A stretch of 64,000 nt of DNA, taken from the IMG/VR virus record IMGVR_UViG_3300020183_000058. The stretch is one strand, 5' to 3'. Position 1 is the first letter of the stretch, and every line of letters begins with the position of its first letter. Source of the DNA: an uncultured virus (IMG/VR IMGVR_UViG_3300020183_000058) (taxonomy: Duplodnaviria > Heunggongvirae > Uroviricota > Caudoviricetes > Kyanoviridae). Position numbers and translations under genes: made by a program. This document shows positions 26,101 through 36,100 of this stretch, piece by piece. Under the pieces are notes generated by a model. That model ran no database searches. It was given only the letters and a program-made list of their open reading frames with translations, and was not told the DNA's origin.

Positions 26101-29097
26101 TCCAGTTACTGCAAGAGTTGAACCAAGAGTTGTAGCACCACCAACTCTAAGTTGTGATGCAATTCCAGCACCACCTGATACAACTAATGCACCAGTGTTT
26201 GTTGCTGTTGAGTCTGTGGTATTAGAGACCGTAGCAATACCAGTTACACCAAGAGTTGAACTTAAGGTAGTTGCTCCAGTCACATTTAATGTAGAAGTTA
26301 AAGTAGATGCACCCGTAATTGTGGCTGCCCCACCAACTCTAAGTTGCTTAGCAATACCTACACCACCAGTTACGATAACAGCACCAGTAGTAGTTGATGT
26401 TGAATCAGTAGCATTACTAGTTACAATTTGTCCAATACTATCAAGTCTTGCTGTGTTTGATGCAATATTGAACTTGAATGGTGATGTACCATCGTTGTCG
26501 ATAGAAACATTACCTTTGAAAATGGTGTTGCCACTGTAGCTTACAGCACCATCTACATCGAACTGTCCATATACTTTGAATGAACCACCAACAACTAAAC
26601 TATTTGCAATTGAAACTCCACCATCAACTTTGAGAGCACCATAAGTTCCAAGAGAAGCATATGCAGTACCTGCAATAGCAGCAGTGACATTGCTATTGGC
26701 AGTGTTTTGGATATTGACTGTAGATGCGGATTGGGTTGTTAGATTACCAGTGAGAGTTGTGTCCCCAGTAACTCCTAAGGTTGAACTGAGTGTTGTAGCA
26801 CCAGTAGTACTAAGAGTGCCTTGAATTGTGGTATTACCTGTTGCAGAATCAACCAAGAATTTAGTCACAGGAGTTGATGCACCATCGGTAATTCTAAAGA
26901 ATTCTGTTGCTGCTGTAGTATTACCAGTAATCGTTACACCATTGTTGAATGTAGCTAGATTAGTAACTGCTAGAGTGCCCTGTAAGACGGTGTTTGAAGC
27001 AATGTTCGCATTTCCCCCTACCCAGAGGTTTCCACTGATTCCAGTGCCTCCTGTGACTACCAGAGTGCCTGTGGTTGTACTAGTTGAGTTAACGTTACTA
27101 CTGAGGGCAAGGTTGCCAGCAATAAGACCAGCATCAGTACCAGAAAAGACTTCAGAAGTATTTGTTGCATTGTAGAGGAAACGATAACCACCAGTTGTGC
27201 TTGCTAAGGTTGAATATGAATCATCCCAACCAAAGAAACCTAAACGAGCTTCTGTATCATAATATTTGAATTCAATACCACGATCTTTGTTGTCATCTGT
27301 GGTGGGAGTTTGATCACCACCAAGAGTTAGGACGACATCATCGATTGTAATTGTTGTTGAGTTTACAGTTGTAGTTGTACCATCAACCTGTAAATTACCT
27401 TTAATTTGAACCGTACCAGTATCATCTCCAATACCAGCAGGATCAAGAATGATAGTTGAGTTAGTTGAACTTAATGTATTGTTTGCAAAATAGAAGTCTT
27501 CGACACGAACATCAGCACTAGAAGATATTAGAGAAATCTGTTGTGGTGCTAGAAGAGAAATAGTTGTATTAGTTGACGTAATATCAATAGATTCATCAGC
27601 AGCAATTTCAATTTTTGCATCACCAGAACCAGTATTGTTAGCAGTCAAACGAAGGAATCTATTAGATGCTGTATTTGCATCCATAAGAATGGTAAGAGAA
27701 CCAGCACGATTAATTGTTTGAATTGTATTGCTAGTCTTATCTAAAGTGATATCCGAGAAAATTGTAGAAGTGGTTGTATTGATATCTACGTTGTTATCAG
27801 CAGCAAGACACTTAAGAAGAGGATCGCCAGAAGTGTTGTTAACTGAGAGATCATTGATGGTTGTGATACCACGATAACCTGTAGTGCTAGTAAGCTCATT
27901 ATCAAGCTCGTAAGAAGTAAACGAATTGCCATCAGCAAACCTAATCTGATTATTTTGAAGTTGAGTATTATCTACACCTGCCGCAGCAATTACAACATGA
28001 CCGTTTGAATCTACATCAAAGTCTTCTTGATCGAAAGATGCAAGACCTTTTTGACGGGTTGTTACCGTACCAAGATGTCTCCACGTTACTCCACCATCTG
28101 ATACATCACCACTATTATGAACTGGTTGTATAGTCTGAGAAGTACCAGAGTTCAATGCTTGATAAAGTCTCCCTTGCTGAACAACTTTATCATAACGAGA
28201 ATATGAAGTAGCAGTAGCCCAAGTCGGTGCTGTTGTTCCTTCTACTGCAGTTGCGATTGGGAAATCGGTAATACTATAAATTCTTCCCCAAATATCTACA
28301 CCAACTCTCGATGCAAAAATTGTTTGCGTTGCACCCGCAATTGATGGAACGTTGAATAATTTCTGAGTTGCACCAGAACCAAAGTAACCAGGACCAGCAG
28401 CAGCAACTCCTGTTTCTGCAAGATCTAGTGTTGGGTTTCCTGAAACAGCATTACCATTTTGAATGGTAATTCTTCCTGTATCTGCAACAACGACTGCTCT
28501 AGTTACAATATTACCTTCAGATGCTCTTGTGATAATTCCTACAGTAGATATTCCAGCAAAAGAAGTTAAGTCTACATCCAATGGTTGAGCATCAACTAAT
28601 CCATAACCAGCAATTGTAGTTGGATTTTGTGCTTGTCTAACACGACCTTGAGAGTCAACTGTTACCTTTGTATATGTTCCAGTGGCATTTTCATTTAATG
28701 GATTATAGTGTGGAAGAGTATTAATGAATGATAATTGAGCAACTAAGTTTAGGTTGGATGAACCATCAAAAGTTCCAGCACCAACCAAGTCACCAGCAAG
28801 AGTGAGCTGACGTGCGTTTGCCAATCTGGTTGCAGTCGAAGCATTACCAATTAAAGTGCCAGTAATTGCTCCAGCTGCAAATCCACCATCGGCATCTCTT
28901 TTAACTAGTGTATTTGCTGTATTAGTTTCAGCTTCGATAGGTCTTTCATATTTCAATTGGTTCCATGTGGTTACACCATCACCAATTTTGATACGACCAG
29001 TATCGATTTCGATGCCCAATTCACCTTGTGCCAGTGTTGGGTTCACGTTAGCCCATTGTTGAGCACCATCTCTTCTTAACTGGATTCTATTTGCCAT
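23179..29097 (-). CDS. long tail fibre / fibre-like protein (1972 aa)
   Basis: Mtd_N-like N-terminus (IQLRRD...NPTLAQGELGIEIDTGRIKIGDG), GTYTKVTVD fibre motifs, Thr/Gly-rich repeats. Confidence 0.88.
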   Translation of the reverse strand: MANRIQLRRDGAQQWANVNPTLAQGELGIEIDTGRIKIGDGVTTWNQLKYERPIEAETNTANTLVKRDADGGFAAGAITGTLIGNASTATRLANARQLTLAGDLVGAGTFDGSSNLNLVAQLSFINTLPHYNPLNENATGTYTKVTVDSQGRVRQAQNPTTIAGYGLVDAQPLDVDLTSFAGISTVGIITRASEGNIVTRAVVVADTGRITIQNGNAVSGNPTLDLAETGVAAAGPGYFGSGATQKLFNVPSIAGATQTIFASRVGVDIWGRIYSITDFPIATAVEGTTAPTWATATSYSRYDKVVQQGRLYQALNSGTSQTIQPVHNSGDVSDGGVTWRHLGTVTTRQKGLASFDQEDFDVDSNGHVVIAAAGVDNTQLQNNQIRFADGNSFTSYELDNELTSTTGYRGITTINDLSVNNTSGDPLLKCLAADNNVDINTTTSTIFSDITLDKTSNTIQTINRAGSLTILMDANTASNRFLRLTANNTGSGDAKIEIAADESIDITSTNTTISLLAPQQISLISSSADVRVEDFYFANNTLSSTNSTIILDPAGIGDDTGTVQIKGNLQVDGTTTTVNSTTITIDDVVLTLGGDQTPTTDDNKDRGIEFKYYDTEARLGFFGWDDSYSTLASTTGGYRFLYNATNTSEVFSGTDAGLIAGNLALSSNVNSTSTTTGTLVVTGGTGISGNLWVGGNANIASNTVLQGTLAVTNLATFNNGVTITGNTTAATEFFRITDGASTPVTKFLVDSATGNTTIQGTLSTTGATTLSSTLGVTGDTTLTGNLTTQSASTVNIQNTANSNVTAAIAGTAYASLGTYGALKVDGGVSIANSLVVGGSFKVYGQFDVDGAVSYSGNTIFKGNVSIDNDGTSPFKFNIASNTARLDSIGQIVTSNATDSTSTTTGAVIVTGGVGIAKQLRVGGAATITGASTLTSTLNVTGATTLSSTLGVTGIATVSNTTDSTATNTGALVVSGGAGIASQLRVGGATTLGSTLAVTGITTLSNNFNAFGSNNILGDAASDALTVNATTTFTAPVTISGAQPLVVGGNTTIYGNLIVEGTTTTVNSVTMTVDDKNIELGSIASPTNTTADGGGITLKGTTDKTISWINSTGAWTLSEHLNLAAGKEYRINGIAVVDSSRNLVNIANVVQSGNLTINTNKFTVSSASGNTVIAGTLAVAAVTTLSSSLNVTGATTLSNTLAITGDVAINTNKFNITAASGNTTIAGTLGVTGATTLNSSLGVTGATTLSSTLGVTGATTLSSTLGVTGNTTLTGTLTATSLATFNGGLTIAGSTTPATEFFRITDGAGTPVTKFLVDSASGNTTISGALGVIGTTSLNSSLGVTGATTLSSTLGVTGTTTLTGALIANSNVTIGDAASDQFTVNANSLFTGSLTLSNSLTTTSNVTITGGILSIRNSSGVDRFVFNPSTSSASITGTLAVSSTTTLSSSLGVSGPTTLSSSLGVTGATTLSSTLSVTDNVTLNRNVTIVGSNTAATELFKIQNASAVDKFTVDSSSGNTTIAGTLAVTGGTTLSSTLGVTGNTSITGTLGVTGVSTFTGLLTANGGISGALTGNASTATTLQTARTIGISGDGTGTATSFNGSANITIPFTLANSGVTAGTYTKVIVDAKGRVTTGTNATTSDIAEGTNQYYTQGRFDTAFGAKTTTNLAEGTNLYYTQTRFDTAFTAKSTTNLTEGTNLYFTNERAQDATATALVTNGAHSGVTVTYDDAGNAININRNALTYSNVSYTADGTQTAFVSTTGRASDGADILVIVGGLIQTPSTEYTYSNQTILNNVVGHRGENTVVVSSATGLVVGQPVSGTGIAANATITNISGTTITLSANNLTALRRAEISTIGTPSGAAVESQANTSYTAVASTSSGTGTGATFNVSRGALGEIVGVTVNNGGTNYTAGSTITISGLLVGGSSSAENIQFTVSAINTTTTTATFSSVVKLTAAPTAGVNVSIRYLPL
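24420..26830 (-). repeat. 36-bp / 12-aa (TLGVTGATTLSS) intragenic repeats in the fibre
   Basis: Tandem copies at about 25280-25425, further clusters near 24430-24530, 24660-24800, 25010-25120, 26240-26320 and 26750-26820. Confidence 0.9.
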
Positions 29098-29118
29098 TTG
29101 ATATAATCCTGATAATAG

Positions 29119-29664
29119 TTAATTCTTCCCTAACTTATTTATACCAGGAATTAAATCACCTAGTGTCATATGTTCTACGGGATGCGTTTGAAAAACAATA
29201 CTATAACGATTGATAAGTGCTTGCTTTACTGGTGGTCTTCCTAGGTGTAAAATTTTTGATTTAAATTTAATCAATCTTCCTGGTTTCGGAGTTATCGACT
29301 GAATAATTTCTCCGTCATCTCCTACAAAAACAGTTTCTCCTCCCATATTTACATCCCAATTGGTATTCAAATAAATCAAATAAGTTAGACCATCCTCTGA
29401 GTGTGAATCAATATGCGTTCTGGGGGAGTCACCAAATCCAAAAGAGTTGTACAAACATTTTTTGAAAAATGTTTTTTGATAACCTAGAATATCAATAAAT
29501 TGATATGCAAGTGGTTCAAACGTACCAACAAATGTTTTGCCTAAAGTAGGATTATTGTATTGTGGATTATCTGCTAAGTAATCCCATTTTTGATAAGTGT
29601 CAAAATAATGGCAACCCTCAGCAATTAGTTCATCAGAAAACAAATAATCATATACTTTAATCAT
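29119..29664 (-). CDS. 2OG-Fe(II) oxygenase (prolyl 4-hydroxylase-like)
   Basis: HID, GGETVF, PKPGRLIKF...H, RYSIVF; start set at 29664 using the GGAG upstream. Confidence 0.88.
   Translation of the reverse strand: MIKVYDYLFSDELIAEGCHYFDTYQKWDYLADNPQYNNPTLGKTFVGTFEPLAYQFIDILGYQKTFFKKCLYNSFGFGDSPRTHIDSHSEDGLTYLIYLNTNWDVNMGGETVFVGDDGEIIQSITPKPGRLIKFKSKILHLGRPPVKQALINRYSIVFQTHPVEHMTLGDLIPGINKLGKN
29136..29143 (-). promoter_or_regulatory. late promoter TATAAATA for the fibre gene, inside the 3' end of the oxygenase gene
   Basis: Exact consensus 38 nt upstream of the fibre ATG. Confidence 0.78.
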
Positions 29665-29677
29665 TATAATCTCCATT

Positions 29678-29700
29678 AAAAAAGAGGGGCTTCACCCCTC
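29678..29700 (-). terminator. rho-independent terminator
   Basis: GAGGGG-TGAAG-CCCCTC followed by TTTTTT. Confidence 0.88.
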
Positions 29701-29707
29701 AATTTAT

Positions 29708-29929
29708 TTATTCTTCTGTGGGATTGTCTACAACTTCATCATTTTCCACAACTTGAGGATTCAGATACTGAAGAGTTTCCATTGCACCTTGTAGTTTTAG
29801 TGCTACCTGTTCATTTTCTTTAACCTTAGCAATAAGTTGTTGATTCTCAGCAATAATAGCATCATATCTTGCTTTAAACTGTTCTAAAAGAACTTCAGGA
29901 GCAAGAATCTCAGGGGTATCAACTGTCAT
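29708..29929 (-). CDS. small coiled-coil hypothetical protein
   Basis: AGGAG SD; KLQGAMETL heptad pattern. Confidence 0.8.
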   Translation of the reverse strand: MTVDTPEILAPEVLLEQFKARYDAIIAENQQLIAKVKENEQVALKLQGAMETLQYLNPQVVENDEVVDNPTEE

Positions 29930-30161
29930 TTTTTTCTCCTACTAATTGTAATAATAAACTTTTAATCGTGTTCATATCAGATTTTAACTCAGAAACATCA
30001 GTTTGTAAAGAGGTGATTGCCTGCTGTTGTGCTTTTCTTTTACGAGAAGCTTCAACAGCATTTAAATATAAGTCTTCATTAACATTCACGATAGCACCAC
30101 TCCTAGAATCTCTAGATAAATCATCAAATCCGTCTACTTTTATATATCGATTGTCACTCAT
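29919..30161 (-). CDS. conserved hypothetical protein following the VrlC-like gene
   Basis: YIKVDG...RDSRSGAIVN and a C-terminal coiled coil; start MSDNRY right after the upstream stop. Confidence 0.8.
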   Translation of the reverse strand: MSDNRYIKVDGFDDLSRDSRSGAIVNVNEDLYLNAVEASRKRKAQQQAITSLQTDVSELKSDMNTIKSLLLQLVGEKNDS

Positions 30162-30162
30162 A

Positions 30163-33100
30163 TTATAAATCCAACAACGCAATAACTCTAAAGTCTTTGA
30201 TTACAGGAACATATGCCTGATTCTGACTGTTCATAATGATCTTAACTTGGAAACCAATGAAGTTTAATGAATCAACAGTGAAATCAAAATCATGTAGTTC
30301 AAACTTCTCAGTCTTGGGAATACTAGTATCTGGACCACCAGTGGTATTGAAATATTCAAAACCAATCTCATCTACTGATAATGTGCTACCAACAGGTATA
30401 ACTTTGTACATCACTTTAACATCTGTATATGGGTGCATGTTAGCAGAGAACATCACTTTCAAACTATTTGCTGGATTTGTCAATTCTACAAATTTAGAAA
30501 TATAAATTGCCCTGTTTTTATCTCCAGATGCTTTTCTAGAATCTGCTTTATCTAAGGGAATATTATTAATTCTATTTGTGGTAGTAATTACACTAGTTCT
30601 ATCCAAATCAATTACAGGAGAAATATTTACATTATTTGAAATAACATTCATTTCATAAATTAAAGACTTAGAACCATTTAAATGAGTATCTTCGTTAACT
30701 TGTGAACAAATAATTTTTTGATTATTTAAAATATTTGGTACACCAACAATAACATCTTCGTAGATACCATCATTAACAAAAGAACTTTCTAGTAATGTTG
30801 CACCATCATCATTAATAGAAGTACCAGATACACAATTAAATCTATGAAGTATATCCGTATTTGGTAGTTTCATTTGTGTAATCTGTGGAGTAATGCACTC
30901 AAATGCAACATTCTGTGTTGCGTAGATATTACTACCACCAGAAACTATTCCATTTGATGCAATTGAATCTGTGGTAACTTCGTAAGTATCTAATGTTGGA
31001 TTAGTAATTCCATCGTGAACAGTATTAATTTCGATCATTGGAATTCCATCAAAATTATAACACTCCACACCTTCCTCTGTTCCATGTGCCTGCAAGTTTG
31101 ATCCACCAGCAGCTCTACCACCAGAAGGAATAGTAATGATAGTTCCATCAGAACTAATCTCGATGTATTTTATAATTTCCGAACCAATTTTAATATATCC
31201 AGGATTTGCTACATCTAATGGTAATCCATTAACAACTTTATGGAATCCATTTGCATCATTTACATGCAACTCAAAGTTTGAACCAACACCGTCTGCAGTT
31301 CCAATACCATTCGTATGGTATGCAGCATCAATAATAGTTGGTGCTACTTCTGAAACTACTCCAGTAATACTTACTGTATTTGCTTGGTCATGCATACCAT
31401 GATTTTGGTGAGTTACAATTAATTTATTTGATACATTAAAGAATGATGGGTTAATAGAGATGAAACGGTTAATATCATCCCCACTAAGTGCAACACCATT
31501 TGTAGCAATTGAACCTGATCCAACTACAGTTGAATTTACCGTCATTGATACTGTATCACCTGCTGCGAATGTTCCAGTAACTGATTTTAAAGATATAACT
31601 CTTGTTGATGAATTATACGCAGTAACAACACCACTTCCTCCAGCACTACTTGTCAATTTCTGTCCAACAGTAAAGGTTCCAGTTACACCACTGTTGAGAG
31701 TTATATCAGCTAATGATCTACTAGAAACAATTCGATAAACTGCCAATGCACCACCAGTTACACCTGTTCTGAAAGTACCTTGAATATCATCAATGATCAA
31801 ATGTCCATTTACTCCACCACCCCCTTGAACAACTTGTCTAATAATCGCAGAAGGTGTTGGAGATTGATCAGTCATGCTGATTTCTGCACCAACAGTATAT
31901 GAAATAGTTGAACTATTCAATGTAATTTTTAGTTGTGGTTTAGTAGTTTCGATTGCATTGGGGATTAAATTATGAATTTGATTATTACCGATGCCTAGTT
32001 TAGCATTGTTAAATACCGCACGACCAGCTACTGCAGTATTGAATACTGCTTTATACATGCTAAATTTCAAATCTTCATATTGATCTGCGGTCCATGTAGT
32101 TGCGTTTTGTGATTTGAAAAGTACACCTGCATATGGTTGCTCTGAAATAGTTCTATCGTTTGTGATATCATTTTCACCCATTCTTGAAACCCAAACCTTA
32201 TATTCATTTGAGTCAGTAAATAGAACAAATGCATATTCTTGTGATTCCTGTAAATAAACAGGTGCTGGTAAGACAAAAGTTGTTGGAATAGATCCATTAT
32301 CTGAGAGTTGAACATCCTTAGGTAGGATAGTTGTATCAGAGAATGGTAGGATCTTAGTTGTTGGATAACCATTCTGCATTGTACGAATCTGACAGTTGAT
32401 GGGGATCTTTTCATCTTTTGTCTTAAAGTATACATCCACCTTAGTAATGAATGCTCCACCCTTAGAGTCAATCAAGAATGATTGGGCAAGAGGATCCCAC
32501 CAACCAACTTGTCTGAGTTCTGTTCTAGTGCTCTGTAAGGTCTGGTTTTGAGTTACTGTATCACGTACAATGTCTGCATTTCTTACAGCAAGAATTGTCT
32601 CTTGTTGAGTTTCTAAGGTGCCAGCAGCTTCATACGTTGCTTCCCCTGCTGAATCAACATCACCAAGAACTCTAGAGTCTGTGGGACTAGACGTAAATCT
32701 AAATACTCTTCTACCAGTTCCCCATCTTGGGTTTGCTGATATGTTTGGAGAAGGAATAAAGAAAACTCCAGTTAAATTTCCACTCAAATCAGAAATTAAT
32801 CTTTTCTCCTTTACGATTGCTCTAGCACCAGATGTTTGACCAACTAATACTTCACCTTGTACTGGGTTTCCAAAGAAATCTCCATTAACTTGGGATGCCA
32901 TTAGTGTTGTATTGATGTTAATAATGTCTGTCGTTGATGCATATGCAGTCGGTAATGGAGTTTGTGTATATGGATTTGTTGGAAATCCATCATTAGGAGA
33001 TACTAATCTCATTCTAACCCCAGAAGTTACACCTACTACTGTTTCACCTTGTTGGAATGGAATATTGTTTGTTTTAGAATCAATCGTTGAGTTTTTAATA

Positions 33101-36100
33101 ACTTCAATAATTTTTGGTGTAGTATAGACAGAAACTTCTCTAGTATCAAAGAATGGATACATTCTTGTTTTTGGTTTTATTCTTTGAATCTTAAATTCGA
33201 TATTTCTAGAACGAATCCAAGGAATACTTGCTCTAGCAATTACGTTATCTCCAAGACTTTGACGATCAATACGTGGAACAACTTGAGTTCTTACACCTTG
33301 ACGAGTTTGGTTTGTTGTTGTGGTGATATCTGTACTTTGAAGGACTCTACGTGGAGCACCAAAACAGAAGCATTGCTCAAGCCAAGAACCACTAGTAGCT
33401 CCAGTCTGTGTGCCACTCCAGGTTGTTTGCCAGGAACCCCACTGAATAGGTGCAAATCCACTTTGATCTGCTCCTAGACGTGCGACGGTAGCATCAAAAT
33501 CACCTTCAACGTTAACAATTCTCTGAGGTGCACGTTGTGTATCTACCCAGTCATCAGATGATGGTGTTAAATCAACTCTTCCAATAAATGCAAATACGTT
33601 GAATGGGTTTACGTTTTCTACTCTAGAAGCATATGGTTGATGAATAAATCTTGTATGCTCGTATGGTAGGGTGAGGATTGCACTGTTTGAACTCAATACT
33701 AGATTGCTTGATGCTGTTGGATTATATTCCAATGGGACATTAGATGTGTAGTGTGCTGGACGTAAGAAACCAGCAACAAAGTCCATAGAACATTCGTAAT
33801 CTGGATGGTTAGTACCAGCAGCAGTTAATGAGCTAAAGTCATCAACCATAAAACCATTCTTAAATTTATCAAATCCGTCAGAATCCTTAATTGAAAGTGT
33901 ATTGGTTTCCATCTCAAGTAGGTTGAGTGAAGTATAATACTCAACTTGATCTAAACGTTTTTCAATAACACCAATATCTTTCATTGTAAAACGTCTGTTA
34001 TTTTCACGTTTAATATATACTTCTTCTGGGTCATACCCATATGCTTCATGGGTAAGAGTACACATAAGCATTGCATTTAATAAATTGTCTGGTGGTACTG
34101 GAGTCTCAGATGATTTTCCTTTTATGATTTGGAATTCCCTTTGATCAGTTACAAATAACTTATCAATTCTAGGTAGATAAAAATCATAGTCGCAACGGAA
34201 ATCGGATTCTGGTTTAGGAATATCGGAGATAGTAGCATTGTTTGATGCACCACCAGATAAGAAACTTCTATCTTTAAAATCTAAAGTAGCACAATTAACA
34301 AAGTATGGATCTGACGTAGTTCCAGAACCAGATAAGTTTGGTGTAATAGCTGGTCTAAAATCTAACACATCTCTTAAATTTTTCTTCTCACGACCAAAAC
34401 CTAAGGATGGAATTTCTTCATAATCAATACCAATATAAGAAGAACCGTTGAAATAATCACCTGATGATTCATGTGTGAATCTATCAAAAATTACTAGTAA
34501 TTTTCTTAATGGTGCTGATGTGTTGGGTTTTCTAATTAATTTTGACACATCATAAAAATATCCATTTTGATTAGGATCTAATATAAAGTTATTTGTGATA
34601 TTATTACTACCATTATTCACCGATCCTTCGTTATCATCAGCAAGACCTTCTACTGGTTGATCTATTGTATTAACTCCAACGATAGTTTCACCAGGAATAA
34701 ATTTATTCTCATTTTTATAAACAAATTGACATACTAAAGTTACTCCAGAAAAACTAATAACTAATCCCTTAGCACCAGAAGTTTTTCCTTGAATTAATGT
34801 TCCTTTCTTAAAGAAAGTAGCATCTTGCATTGTGATACTTGGCACTGATGGAGAACCATCTACGGTAGATTCGTACACTGCCTGCAATTCATATGCATCT
34901 GTGCACCCTAATGAAATTTCTTCATCTTCAATTCTAGTACCATAAATTGAACCATAGTTCAAACCAAATTTAGTTACGTCACCACTAATACTAGTTCTTT
35001 CTAGTTTCAAAACATTCATTTTTGTCGCAGTTTTGATTCTCTTAGCAACTTGGTTCTTTGAAAGTGATGCAACTAAACGAACAGTAGTAAATCCAGTTAA
35101 GTTACTTACTGTGAGAGATGTTCTTGGTGTACCAGTAGAGTTGAATGAAATTTTATCTGAAATATCAATAATAGTTCCAGCTGTTGGTGCAAGAGAAACT
35201 AGATTATAATGATCTTTATCATATGCTAAGAACTGCTCATCTGAAGGAAGAGTAATCGTAAAGTTATTGGAACCAGTAACTGTAATATTGTCAAAAGATC
35301 TTGCAACTATAACTGATTCATCACTAACTGCTCTGACGGAACTCTTTGGCATTTCAATTAAAAGATCAGCATATTGCTTTTCTTTTAACTGTGGTCTTAA
35401 TCTATAAAGAGAGTTATAAGTTCCATTTGCAAGAGTTCCTCCACTTTCTAAAGTAAGAACAGTAGAATTAGAAAGTTGGTTATCAATATTTGTTGAAACT
35501 AAACTAATTTTCTTAACTTGAGCATACTTAGTAGTATCGAAGAAAATCATATCACCAGGTCTTAAATCTCTGGTAAAATTACTTAAAGATCCAGTAAGTG
35601 TGGTAGATCCAGAAACAGTAAAGGATGTTCCACTAATAATTCTCTTTTCATCCAAAACTGCTGATGCTTGGAAGGTAACTGTACTTGAATTATTTCTACC
35701 CACAATTGCTTTTGTATCAATAAAATCATATTGATAAAAATCATTTAAAACACCAAGTTCAATACCATCCTTTACAATAACTTCACCTTCAATAAATTTA
35801 CCATAAATTTGATAACACTTAATTAGTGATCCTGTTTGATCTGACTCAACAAATGCTTTTGCTTTAGATGTACGACCTCTAATTACTTGACCTTGAACAA
35901 GAGTCACACTATTTGATAGTTTAAATAAACTTAGTGGTTGAACATCAAATAGATATGCTTTATAAGTTGTTGTTGGAGCATTTACAGTAGTACCACTATC
36001 GTATTCGTAGATAGCAGTTCTTGCATAACCAATAATGTTACCTGCAATAGTTCCATTTGAACCTCTTTGATCCCTTAGTTCTACCAATTGATAATTTGTT

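Noticed and set aside
24278..27175. Long plus-strand ORFs (e.g. 24599-25651, 350 aa)
   Set aside because: Antisense shadows of the Thr/Gly/Val-rich fibre codons; no SD or independent motifs.
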